Under the pieces are notes generated by a model. That model saw only the letters and a program-made list of their open reading frames with translations. It searched no databases and had not been told where the DNA came from. Shown one piece after another: positions 1-10,390 of a stretch of DNA of 64,000 nucleotides (positions are counted from its first letter, which is position 1; each line of letters opens with the position of its first letter). This DNA comes from Naegleria gruberi. Lineage: Eukaryota. The position numbers and the translations under genes were made by a program. The DNA lies in NCBI GenBank assembly GCA_000004985.1, contig GG738879.1; one strand, written 5' to 3'.

Positions 1-416
1 ACCCAAACCCAAACCCAAACCCAAACCCGAACCCAAACCCAAACCCAAACCCAAACCCAAACCCAAACCCAAACCCAAACCCAAACCCAAACCCAAACCC
101 AAACCCAAACCCAAACCCAAACCCAAACCCAAACCCAAACCCAAACCCAAACCCAAACCCAAACCCAAACCCAAACCCAAACCCAAACCCAAACCCAAAC
201 CCAAACCCAAACCCAAACCCAAACCCAAACCCAAACCCAAACCCAAACCCAAACCCAAACCCAAACCCAAACCCAAACCCAAACCCAAACCCAAACCCAA
301 ACCCAAACCCAAACCCAAACCCAAACCCAAACCCAAACCCAAACCCAAACCCAAACCCAAACCCAAACCCAAACCCAAACCCAAACCCAAACCCAAACCC
401 AAACCCAAACCCAACC
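1..416. repeat. Terminal telomeric repeat tract (CCCAAA)n; G-strand TTTGGG
   Basis: About 69 perfect tandem hexamers starting at base 1, with the C-rich strand 5'->3' as expected for a left chromosome end. One variant unit CCCGAA lies near position 27. The tract ends at ...cccaaccccac before unique sequence. Confidence 0.9.
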
Positions 417-441
417 CCACAGTTCTCAAATTACTCAATCT

Positions 442-1036
442 ATGCTCCAAGAAGATGGTTTTGATATATCAGATGAAAGTTATGATATTACCTGGAATAA
501 CATTCCTATAATTACTGACCTATCTTTAGATAATATCTTTCTTAATTACTCTGCCACAGAATTACATATTCCAATGATTAGATGTCCAAAATGGATATCA
601 GCTTGGGTTAAAATTAATTCACCAAAACAAAAAGCAATACTTTTAGAAGCAATGAAAGGAAAAGATAATAGTAATACTATATTTTCTTCAGAATTAACTA
701 AATGGGTTAATTCATATTTTCCAGAAAACCAATTAGAAGAGATTAAACAGAGTTCATTATATGATAATGCTACTACTAGAAAAGAAATTAATAAGGTTAC
801 TAAATATTTGAAAAAACAATATTGTTTTAATAAGATGACAGAAACAATTGTTGACGAAGAATTAGCAAGAATGAATATTCAATTAATTAAGAAAGGCAAT
901 GCTTGGACATGGGAACAAATTTTACAAGAAGATGAAGAAGAAGATTATCAACCTCAAACAAAGAAGAAAAAGACTGTTGACGATTATTCCTCTATTAATT
1001 GGCAAGAATTACATCCTCAATTTATTAAAATTGAAG
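442..1036 (+). CDS. Subtelomeric ORF, 5' portion, truncated by an assembly gap (hypothetical protein)
   Basis: ATG at 442, open for 198 codons until the N run begins at 1037. Bases 421-753 recur identically at 3361-3693. Confidence 0.5.
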
Positions 1037-2896
1037 NNNNNNNNNNNNNNNNNNNNNNNNNNNNNNNNNNNNNNNNNNNNNNNNNNNNNNNNNNNNNNNN
1101 NNNNNNNNNNNNNNNNNNNNNNNNNNNNNNNNNNNNNNNNNNNNNNNNNNNNNNNNNNNNNNNNNNNNNNNNNNNNNNNNNNNNNNNNNNNNNNNNNNNN
1201 NNNNNNNNNNNNNNNNNNNNNNNNNNNNNNNNNNNNNNNNNNNNNNNNNNNNNNNNNNNNNNNNNNNNNNNNNNNNNNNNNNNNNNNNNNNNNNNNNNNN
1301 NNNNNNNNNNNNNNNNNNNNNNNNNNNNNNNNNNNNNNNNNNNNNNNNNNNNNNNNNNNNNNNNNNNNNNNNNNNNNNNNNNNNNNNNNNNNNNNNNNNN
1401 NNNNNNNNNNNNNNNNNNNNNNNNNNNNNNNNNNNNNNNNNNNNNNNNNNNNNNNNNNNNNNNNNNNNNNNNNNNNNNNNNNNNNNNNNNNNNNNNNNNN
1501 NNNNNNNNNNNNNNNNNNNNNNNNNNNNNNNNNNNNNNNNNNNNNNNNNNNNNNNNNNNNNNNNNNNNNNNNNNNNNNNNNNNNNNNNNNNNNNNNNNNN
1601 NNNNNNNNNNNNNNNNNNNNNNNNNNNNNNNNNNNNNNNNNNNNNNNNNNNNNNNNNNNNNNNNNNNNNNNNNNNNNNNNNNNNNNNNNNNNNNNNNNNN
1701 NNNNNNNNNNNNNNNNNNNNNNNNNNNNNNNNNNNNNNNNNNNNNNNNNNNNNNNNNNNNNNNNNNNNNNNNNNNNNNNNNNNNNNNNNNNNNNNNNNNN
1801 NNNNNNNNNNNNNNNNNNNNNNNNNNNNNNNNNNNNNNNNNNNNNNNNNNNNNNNNNNNNNNNNNNNNNNNNNNNNNNNNNNNNNNNNNNNNNNNNNNNN
1901 NNNNNNNNNNNNNNNNNNNNNNNNNNNNNNNNNNNNNNNNNNNNNNNNNNNNNNNNNNNNNNNNNNNNNNNNNNNNNNNNNNNNNNNNNNNNNNNNNNNN
2001 NNNNNNNNNNNNNNNNNNNNNNNNNNNNNNNNNNNNNNNNNNNNNNNNNNNNNNNNNNNNNNNNNNNNNNNNNNNNNNNNNNNNNNNNNNNNNNNNNNNN
2101 NNNNNNNNNNNNNNNNNNNNNNNNNNNNNNNNNNNNNNNNNNNNNNNNNNNNNNNNNNNNNNNNNNNNNNNNNNNNNNNNNNNNNNNNNNNNNNNNNNNN
2201 NNNNNNNNNNNNNNNNNNNNNNNNNNNNNNNNNNNNNNNNNNNNNNNNNNNNNNNNNNNNNNNNNNNNNNNNNNNNNNNNNNNNNNNNNNNNNNNNNNNN
2301 NNNNNNNNNNNNNNNNNNNNNNNNNNNNNNNNNNNNNNNNNNNNNNNNNNNNNNNNNNNNNNNNNNNNNNNNNNNNNNNNNNNNNNNNNNNNNNNNNNNN
2401 NNNNNNNNNNNNNNNNNNNNNNNNNNNNNNNNNNNNNNNNNNNNNNNNNNNNNNNNNNNNNNNNNNNNNNNNNNNNNNNNNNNNNNNNNNNNNNNNNNNN
2501 NNNNNNNNNNNNNNNNNNNNNNNNNNNNNNNNNNNNNNNNNNNNNNNNNNNNNNNNNNNNNNNNNNNNNNNNNNNNNNNNNNNNNNNNNNNNNNNNNNNN
2601 NNNNNNNNNNNNNNNNNNNNNNNNNNNNNNNNNNNNNNNNNNNNNNNNNNNNNNNNNNNNNNNNNNNNNNNNNNNNNNNNNNNNNNNNNNNNNNNNNNNN
2701 NNNNNNNNNNNNNNNNNNNNNNNNNNNNNNNNNNNNNNNNNNNNNNNNNNNNNNNNNNNNNNNNNNNNNNNNNNNNNNNNNNNNNNNNNNNNNNNNNNNN
2801 NNNNNNNNNNNNNNNNNNNNNNNNNNNNNNNNNNNNNNNNNNNNNNNNNNNNNNNNNNNNNNNNNNNNNNNNNNNNNNNNNNNNNNNNNNNNNNNN
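1037..2896. other. Assembly gap (run of N, 1860 nt)
   Basis: Continuous n characters. The track ORFs translated across it (X runs) are artefacts. Confidence 0.99.
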
Positions 2897-3296
2897 ACCA
2901 AACCCAAACCCAAACCCAAACCCAAACCCAAACCCAAACCCAAACCCAAACCCAAACCCAAACCCAAACCCAAACCCAAACCCGAACCCAAACCCAAACC
3001 CAAACCCAAACCCAAACCCAAACCCAAACCCAAACCCAAACCCAAACCCAAACCCAAACCCAAACCCAAACCCAAACCCAAACCCAAACCCAAACCCAAA
3101 CCCAAACCCAAACCCAAACCCAAACCCAAACCCAAACCCAAACCCAAACCCAAACCCAAACCCAAACCCAAACCCAAACCCAAACCCAAACCCAAACCCA
3201 AACCCAAACCCAAACCCAAACCCAAACCCAAACCCAAACCCAAACCCAAACCCAAACCCAAACCCAAACCCAAACCCAAACCCAAACCCAAACCCA
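2897..3296. repeat. Second (internal) telomeric (CCCAAA)n tract in the same orientation as the terminal one
   Basis: About 66 hexamer units, one CCCGAA variant, immediately after the N gap. It is followed by 64 bp of unique sequence and then the same subtelomeric block as at 421. Confidence 0.9.
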
Positions 3297-3381
3297 TAGA
3301 GATTTATCAGAAGGTTATTCTTTCATTTCTTCATTAGCTGAACCTGGAGGATGGAGTTATAGTTCTCAAATTACTCAATCT

Positions 3382-3693
3382 ATGCTCCAAGAAGATGGTT
3401 TTGATATATCAGATGAAAGTTATGATATTACCTGGAATAACATTCCTATAATTACTGACCTATCTTTAGATAATATCTTTCTTAATTACTCTGCCACAGA
3501 ATTACATATTCCAATGATTAGATGTCCAAAATGGATATCAGCTTGGGTTAAAATTAATTCACCAAAACAAAAAGCAATACTTTTAGAAGCAATGAAAGGA
3601 AAAGATAATAGTAATACTATATTTTCTTCAGAATTAACTAAATGGGTTAATTCATATTTTCCAGAAAACCAATTAGAAGAGATTAAACAGAGT
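3382..3693 (+). CDS. Second copy of the subtelomeric ORF, 5' portion, truncated by a 50-N gap
   Basis: Identical to 442-753 (offset 2940). ATG at 3382. Confidence 0.5.
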
Positions 3694-3743
3694 NNNNNNN
3701 NNNNNNNNNNNNNNNNNNNNNNNNNNNNNNNNNNNNNNNNNNN
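3694..3743. other. Assembly gap (50 N)
   Basis: n run. Confidence 0.99.
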
Positions 3744-4514
3744 TGCGCGCTTAAATGGTCCTATCAAGGTTCTCAAGAATGATAAAATCAAAATTGACCT
3801 CAGTGGTCACAAAACTGATTTCTTCCTTATTGAAAAGCCAATTACTATTGATAAGAATACAAAGAATCCAAGTCTTTGCCCAATAACCCTAATAAAAGAA
3901 AAAACCTAATTGGAGCCATCACAGAAGGACTTAGAAAAGGTGTTTCTACTTCAGATCTCATGGTTGGTGCAAGACATAAGAAAACCAACAGTTTATTTCC
4001 TTATCTACGATCTGAGGGTCTTGCTAGCAAGAATTTCACAGACACCTTATTTTCTCTGGACGAACCCATTGGTTTATCAACGATTGTTTTATTGTTTCTT
4101 TTGGAGAAATATGTAGAGTTGCGAGGAAGAATTAAAATAGAGAACTTTAATGGATTGGAGTTTTTACCGATTTTTTCCTGCAATGCAGGTTTTTTATAGG
4201 GGAGTTGTTCTACTTCAATCTCGATTTTGTAAACAACTATATTAACTCGGGACAATGCTAAATAAAGTACAATGACCCAAAAAGCAGCATTTCTGAGCAA
4301 CATACCATTTGGATGAAGAATATGTTGAGTGAGCTTTTACCTCAACTTATATTTTATTAAGTTTACAATGAAAACAAGTCCATTCTTCACTTCGATCAGA
4401 ATTAGACACAATTTTGGGCCAATATTGAGAGAACAGTTTTTCCAATTTCATGGTCTTATGACAAGATTAAAAGAGGAATTACTATTATTTGGTCCTTGAA
4501 TTGATAGAAAAGCT

Positions 4515-5160
4515 TTGAAATGTGACCCAATTTTCTATCATCATATTGAAGGTTTTATTCAAAGAAAAGATCATTATGATCCTTTCATTTTCAAACTCAC
4601 CAGTGCCATGTTAGTCATTGGTTTCAGACTTTTCGCTAGACCAGGTGAATTAGCTAGACTCAAGTGGGTTATGTTACTAAGCTTAGAAATGGTAACATCA
4701 AATTATCTCAGTGGTCGCCAAACAGATTTATGGAAAAGCCGACAAGAAATTAAACCTTCAAATTTACATCATTAATAGATCATAAAAATACAATCAATGA
4801 TAATCAATCTTCACTAAGTAATATCTTAAATAACCCAAATAAGTCAACTCGAATTCCAAACCAAACCTTTTGAGGTGTTCATTTATACTAATTTCAATCG
4901 TTGCCTTCCCCACCGCTAATTTCTTGACAATTTAAAAAGGTTCAAACATCTGGGCCCACCAAACAAACCATGGAGATTCCAAAAATCAAGTCATTTTTGA
5001 AAAATTCATTTAAATTACAGATTTATTTTTACAGAGCTCGACAGTTGACTATACAAAGTTCCAATTTAGAAACACTTTCTGTGAACGATACCTGGACCGG
5101 CATCCTCATATTCTTCCTTTGTGATCCACATCTGTTGAAAGGTAGAAAGGCTCGCTAAGA
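4515..5160 (+). pseudogene. Decayed tyrosine-recombinase (phage-integrase family; Crypton/DIRS-like) gene remnant, frameshifted
   Basis: Frame 1 (4594-4669) reads LTSAMLVIGFRLFARPGELARLKW, matching the XerD/Int box I motif (AML..L.Y.TG.R.SEL..L.W). About 95 codons downstream, in another frame, LPHR is followed by a stop near 4895-4910. About 38 codons further, in a third frame, LQIYFY sits near 5020. Spacing and order fit R...HxxR...Y, but the three blocks are in different frames with stops. Confidence 0.45.
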
Positions 5161-6199
5161 TGGAACCACCAATCCAGACAGAGTACTTTCTTTCTGGTGG
5201 AGCAACAACCTTAATCTTCATTGAGGCAGGAGCCATAGCAGTCAATTCCTTGGTCATTCTTTCAGCAATACCTTCGAACATGGTAGTACCACCAGACAAG
5301 ACAACGTTACCATACAAATCCTTTCTGATATCAATATCACATTTACCAATAGAGTTGAAAGTAGTTTCATGAACACCAGCAGCTTCCATACCAATGAAAT
5401 TAGGTTGGAACAAAACTTCTGGACATCTGAATCTTTCGTTACCAACAGTAATGACATTACCATCTGGCAATTCGTATGACTTTTCAACTGAGGATGATTC
5501 AGCAGCAACCTTCATTTCAGCTTCAAAGTCCAAAGCAATATAACAGAGCTTTTCCTTAATATCTCTGACAATTTCTCTTTCAGCAGTAGTATTGAATGAA
5601 TAACCTCTTTCCATCAAAATCTTCATCAAATAATCAGTCAAGTCACGACCAGCCAAATCCAATCTCAAAATGGCGTGTGGCAAAGCATAACCTTCATAAA
5701 TTGGAACAGTGTGAGAAACACCATCACCAGAGTCCAAAACAATACCAGTAGTTCTACCAGAAGCATACAAGGACAAGACAGCTTGAATAGCAACATACAT
5801 AGCTGGAACTGAGAAGGTTTCAAACATAATTTGAGTCATCTTTTCTCTATTGGCCTTTGGATTCAAAGGAGCTTCAGTCAACAAGACTGGATGTTCTTCT
5901 GGAGCAACTCTCAATTCATTGTAGAAAGTGTGATGCCAAATCTTTTCCATATCATCCCAATTGGTAACAATACCGTGTTCAATTGGATACTTCAAAGTCA
6001 AGATACCTCTCTTTGATTGAGCTTCATCACCAACATAGGCATCCTTATTACCCATACCAACCATGATGGACTTTTGCTTTGGTCTACCAATAATTGAAGG
6101 GAAGACAGCTCTTGGAGCATCATCACCAGCAAAACCAGCTTTACACATACCAGAACCGTTGTCAACAACGAGGGCTTGAACGTCTTCACAGAAGGACAT
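5066..6199 (-). CDS. Actin (377 aa, single exon)
   Basis: [40 protein letters not shown]... is full-length conventional actin. The true ATG is at 6199..6197 (the track ORF extends upstream through non-ATG codons). Codon usage is strongly biased (GGT, AGA, TTG, GCT, CCA). Confidence 0.97.
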
Positions 6200-6897
6200 G
6201 TTGAGAGTTTGTTTTTTTTGTTTGTGAATAATGTCATTATCGGGATGTGATTTAAATAAGAAATGTGTGATGACAGGATAAATGATTTGTTCAAGTAGAG
6301 TTGATGGGTGAATGACTTGTTTACAAAATATGAAGGTCAACAAGCAACTTGACTTCAAAAACCTTTTTAGAGATATGGTAACTTCAATTGTAAAATGAAT
6401 TGTAAAAGATTGTCAACACATTTACCTCACTGAAATCTAATCACCTTTACGCTATCCAAAATAATAATTTTCCTAATACCAACTTCTAGAAAGATCCAAA
6501 GTGTTTTCCGCAATACTTAAACAACCTCTTTCTAATTCTTCATATCATCCATTGAATCAAAAATTATTGCCTGTTGTGGAATTTATAAATTATCTGAAAG
6601 AAAATGAGAATTGAGAAAAATGTATTGAGAGGAATATAGAGGAAAGGGATAGATGGTTATTGGAAAGCCATACAAAAAGCTAAGGAAATGAATTATAAAC
6701 AAATGGAATGGGAAGCTTCTTGTGTGTTAGTGGAGGCACTTGCATTTGGATTTTCAAGAGCGGGTGATTGCACATTTATGTTCAAGAGGTTGATAGGAGT
6801 TTCTTAAAAATGGTTTTATATTCTGTTGTGTCATAATTAATAAGGAATATATTTAGGAACCATAATGGCTTCCCTTAATAATTGCAATAAGGGAGAA

Positions 6898-6978
6898 GCG
6901 GTCTTGACCGAGTGGTTAAGGTGATTGACTAGAAATCAATTGGGGTGACCCGCACAGGTTCGAATCCTGTAGACCGCG
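6898..6978 (+). tRNA. tRNA-Ser (anticodon AGA), class II with long variable arm
   Basis: Acceptor GCGGTCT/AGACCGC pairs perfectly. Anticodon stem ATTGA/TCAAT with loop CTAGAAA. Variable arm TGGGGTGACCCGCA. T arm CAGGTTCGAATCCTG. Discriminator G. Confidence 0.85.
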
Positions 6979-7177
6979 AAATTTTTGATATTATAAATAC
7001 TTTGCTTTGATATATTGAAATCACAACAACTTCATATGAGGCTTTGGACCAACTCCAATATTAGAATCCTAAACGAAATATAATGTAAGAGCAGCTAGAA
7101 ATGAAGAACATCCTTCTTTAGCTCAAAATGTGTCGTCTACTGAAAAAGAAAGAATATTAAATAGTTTTTTTTGAATT

Positions 7178-8239
7178 TTAATTAGCCACTGCATTCGAAT
7201 TCGAATGATACACAACTGAATCAGAATTTGGAGGTATAATATAATTTAGTGTTGGTTCCAAGGCAACAGATGTATGCTGGTTCTCATCAACATGTGGTTT
7301 TTGATGATAATACTGAGCTTGGATTGGCATGTTGTAAACTATTTGTGGTGGAGAAGCCTGCTGTCCCACTACAATAACTGTCTGATACTTCTCTGCAGGA
7401 TTAGTAGCAATCCCTCTCATTGTTATTCTTCTTACTTTAACAATACAACAACAACCTATTCCACAACATGCACAACAAAGACAAAGTCCCAATAGCACCA
7501 ATATTATTGCAACTATCCCCGTGCCAGAGTTAGAATAGTCTGTATTAAAACCAAGCCTTACATTACATGGATTGTGAGAGGCACATTTCATATGAATAAA
7601 TACAGGAGCTTTACCTTCCCAAATAGCTGATGAAGGAATACTAAGAGAATACGGAAAGATGGTTGACTCTGAAATGAGAAGAGCTGTATAGGTTGGCTTT
7701 TCAGTTTCATCCCATGTGAAGGCAATATTCAATGTAAAATCCTCATCATTTGTTGAAATATAGATAGTGTTCTGTGACAGTTTCGGATCCAATAAATCTT
7801 CAGTGTAAAACCTAGCAAATCCATTCGGGTCAATAGTTTCATCCCAAATCTTGTTTGTAAGAATAAGATCATAGAATGCAGGCTGAATGGCCCAGGCAAT
7901 CGTGAATGGACTTGTTCCTATAAAAGTGAAATAGTCACCATCAGAATAACCCGAAGAACTTTTTACATCAAATAAGAAATTGCTCACACCTTTTCCATAG
8001 TTAATTAATTTAAAATTAGATGAGGTATTATACTTGGTATTGGGCACTGATGAATAACCAAACGAAACAGGCACAGAACAATTAAATGTAATTCTATAGG
8101 GTCCTATGAAACATCTTGGAGTTACCGGAGAGAAGTAATATTGAGCATTAATCAATTCCGTATAATATATTAATAATGTCATGAAGGATCCTATCAGCAG
8201 AATCACAGCCGAGTTATTACTGTTGCTAATCTTCATCAT
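7178..8239 (-). CDS. Type I single-pass membrane protein with Cys-rich transmembrane/juxtamembrane segment (hypothetical)
   Basis: Probable start is MMKISNSNNSAVILLIGSFMTLLIYY (signal-like); the track ORF extends to 8350 from a TTG. C-terminal TM GIVAIILVLLGLCLCCACCGIGCCC. Cytoplasmic tail contains PPQIVY. Start choice is uncertain. Confidence 0.5.
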   Translation of the reverse strand: MMKISNSNNSAVILLIGSFMTLLIYYTELINAQYYFSPVTPRCFIGPYRITFNCSVPVSFGYSSVPNTKYNTSSNFKLINYGKGVSNFLFDVKSSSGYSDGDYFTFIGTSPFTIAWAIQPAFYDLILTNKIWDETIDPNGFARFYTEDLLDPKLSQNTIYISTNDEDFTLNIAFTWDETEKPTYTALLISESTIFPYSLSIPSSAIWEGKAPVFIHMKCASHNPCNVRLGFNTDYSNSGTGIVAIILVLLGLCLCCACCGIGCCCIVKVRRITMRGIATNPAEKYQTVIVVGQQASPPQIVYNMPIQAQYYHQKPHVDENQHTSVALEPTLNYIIPPNSDSVVYHSNSNAVAN

Positions 8240-8704
8240 TTTGAACAAATTCCCAAAGCAATACATGTTATTAAGGATATAGCTGGCCATTAAGGGCTGC
8301 ATTTTTTTAAAGTTGTTGTAGGTGATGAACATGAAATACTGGAAAACCAAACTTCCAAAGATGAACCTTTCATTACCTTGTTGAGGATCATGGGAAGATA
8401 TACACTCTGTCTAACAGAGGTTAAAATTTTTCAACCTGCAATTATTTCTTCTCTTTCATTTTGGAATATTAATATTCATTGTTAGATGCATCAAATTTTC
8501 CAAATGTTACAAAAGTAACAATCAATTTTCAATTGTTACCAGTTTTAAATCTAATTTTTTTAATAATCCCTTCATCTTTAAGTGATTTATTTACCACATA
8601 CCTTACTACGAGCAAAGAAAATAATCTCCGACTAGATTCTAGCTTCACAGTAATTGGCAGCGCTTAATACGGTGCAAATTAAATAGCAACAATCATTGAA
8701 AAAA

Positions 8705-9406
8705 ATGATGCGACCAGTTGTTGTGCTATTGTTTGTCCTTTGTTTGAACAGCATCTTTGGTTTGGTGGTTTGTAAGGAGGAGGACGTTAAGTTTGGAGGA
8801 AACTCGTTGAATACAAGGATCAATGATCAAATTCAAGCAATTAGTAAGAAATGCTTGATTAATTTGAGAGGAGTGGAATGTCCTGATAATAGAAGATACA
8901 TGTCGGATAATCTTATTGTTGCTGGATTGGGATATGATCGTTTCACTCATGATATCAAACCTCAAATTCTCAACTCTAATGCTTTTCAAAGCTTTGATAA
9001 TCCTAGAGTGGAATCATTGTTTGCAAGCATGAATTCAGCAAGAGAGTTCTATTCCATGATTTATCCTGCTAATCCTAATAATGTATTCTATAATGGGCTG
9101 TATTCTCATAATGGAAATGCTGATCAAATGTTTACTAGATTCTTCTCTGGAAATTTCAATGTTGCAAACGCTCAAAAACAATATATTACTCACAGTGTTC
9201 GTGCCCAGTCTACTAGTGCACTCACTGAAGAATTCTCAAGAATTATTGACATGATTCCAGAATACTATGATGATGCCATTTATAATATGATTATTACTTT
9301 TTTTGGAGACTCTGTTTTGACCTATGTTGAATATGGAGGTGTTGTTGATTCAACAGTTTCAATTCGCTCTTGCTTTTCAGATGGAAAAATGGCTAAATAT
9401 GTTTAA
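8705..9406 (+). CDS. Secreted protein (cleavable signal peptide), hypothetical
   Basis: True ATG at 8705 (MMRPVVVLLFVLCLNSIFGLVVC); the track start at 8696 is TTG. ORF open to 9406. Confidence 0.55.
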   Translation: MMRPVVVLLFVLCLNSIFGLVVCKEEDVKFGGNSLNTRINDQIQAISKKCLINLRGVECPDNRRYMSDNLIVAGLGYDRFTHDIKPQILNSNAFQSFDNPRVESLFASMNSAREFYSMIYPANPNNVFYNGLYSHNGNADQMFTRFFSGNFNVANAQKQYITHSVRAQSTSALTEEFSRIIDMIPEYYDDAIYNMIITFFGDSVLTYVEYGGVVDSTVSIRSCFSDGKMAKYV

Positions 9407-9795
9407 ATTAATCTTGTATGATAAATAAATTCCAAAGCTTTGTATCATTCCACATATTGAGATATGAGTTTCCTCCAAACCCTAAGTGAGCTTTCACATA
9501 TGTCTGTGGCATCATTAACTGTTGTAGGCCGGCAATATGCCCATGAAACACTTTCCTAAGGTCTCTTAAACATTCACTTAGAATTACAATATTAGCAGTT
9601 CATTTGAAAAGCTTGAAGAAGAGGAAGAAACATAATTCGTCTTGAATTTTATTTAAAACTCTTGGAAATTCAAGTAATAATAATAATTAATTTCTCTTAT
9701 TTGGTTTAATTTTCATTGATTTAAAATATTGTACAACTTGAGAAGGTATTTCTCTTTTAATTGTATGTTTAAATATAGGCTCAAAGAGAGAAAAT

Positions 9796-10356
9796 ATGAA
9801 AACTGCCTATTATAATTATGTCAATTCAAAAAATAATATGGTTAATGACATGATTAATAGATTGAATTATCTCAGAGATTTGGAAGCTTTCATACCAACA
9901 CCATTTGTTGGCTATTACAAGAAGAAGGCTTTTCACACTGAAATTGCCAGAGGACAAGTTGCAGGTGATAATCAAGCAGATGTTTCAGTTCTCAAATATT
10001 CTTACCTTGGTAAAAAATTTGCCTCAGTTCAAGGAAGAGCCATGTTAAGAATTTTCAGACACAGAGACGATTCATTCCACATTCAATTGGATACTCGTTG
10101 TGATGCAACCAATAACTTCCCTGGATTTGAACCAGTTATTATTAATTCACCTGTTGTAAAGAATGCTTGTGCGACTATCGATGCACCACAAACACAAGCT
10201 AAAAAGATTGATGGTGAAATTGTTCTAGGTTATTCGTTCGATTTCAATCAACTGGTCGTTTGCCATGGATGTAATGCTGAATTGAAGATTGCAGGATTGG
10301 TTTTGGAATGTCCTGTTCCTGCTGCCAAGACATGTCCAATTGTTAAACAAGTTTAA
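9796..10356 (+). CDS. Hypothetical protein with Cys-rich C-terminus
   Basis: ATG at 9796, 186 codons. No recognisable family. Confidence 0.45.
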   Translation: MKTAYYNYVNSKNNMVNDMINRLNYLRDLEAFIPTPFVGYYKKKAFHTEIARGQVAGDNQADVSVLKYSYLGKKFASVQGRAMLRIFRHRDDSFHIQLDTRCDATNNFPGFEPVIINSPVVKNACATIDAPQTQAKKIDGEIVLGYSFDFNQLVVCHGCNAELKIAGLVLECPVPAAKTCPIVKQV

Positions 10357-10390
10357 TAAATAGGTGTTTGACAACAAGGAATTGCACAAT

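Noticed and set aside
1-3296. Regular short repeats that could be mistaken for a CRISPR-like array
   Set aside because: This is a perfect 6-bp tandem with no spacers, at a eukaryotic chromosome end. It is telomeric DNA, not CRISPR.
442-3909. Giant track ORFs (442-3909 +, 899-3337 +, 1009-3297 -) with long X runs and PKPKPK / QTQTQT / GLGLGL repeats
   Set aside because: These are artefacts of translating through the N gap and through the CCCAAA telomere hexamer, which has no stop codon in any frame. Only the unique flanks (442-1036, 3382-3693) are plausible coding sequence.
5160-6294. Short ORFs antisense to or overlapping actin (5160-5372, 5254-5508, 5831-6016, 5998-6294)
   Set aside because: They lie inside a highly conserved actin CDS and show no codon bias of their own. 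They are chance ORFs.
8705-10356. Possibility that 8705-9406 and 9796-10356 form one MACPF/perforin-like gene (FGDSVLTYVEYGG resembles the Y/W-G-T/S-H-x7-GG signature)
   Set aside because: The motif match is loose (D/S in place of T/H). The required intron would be about 380 nt with a poor donor, and the second ORF does not resemble the MACPF C-terminal helices. Kept as two separate hypothetical genes.
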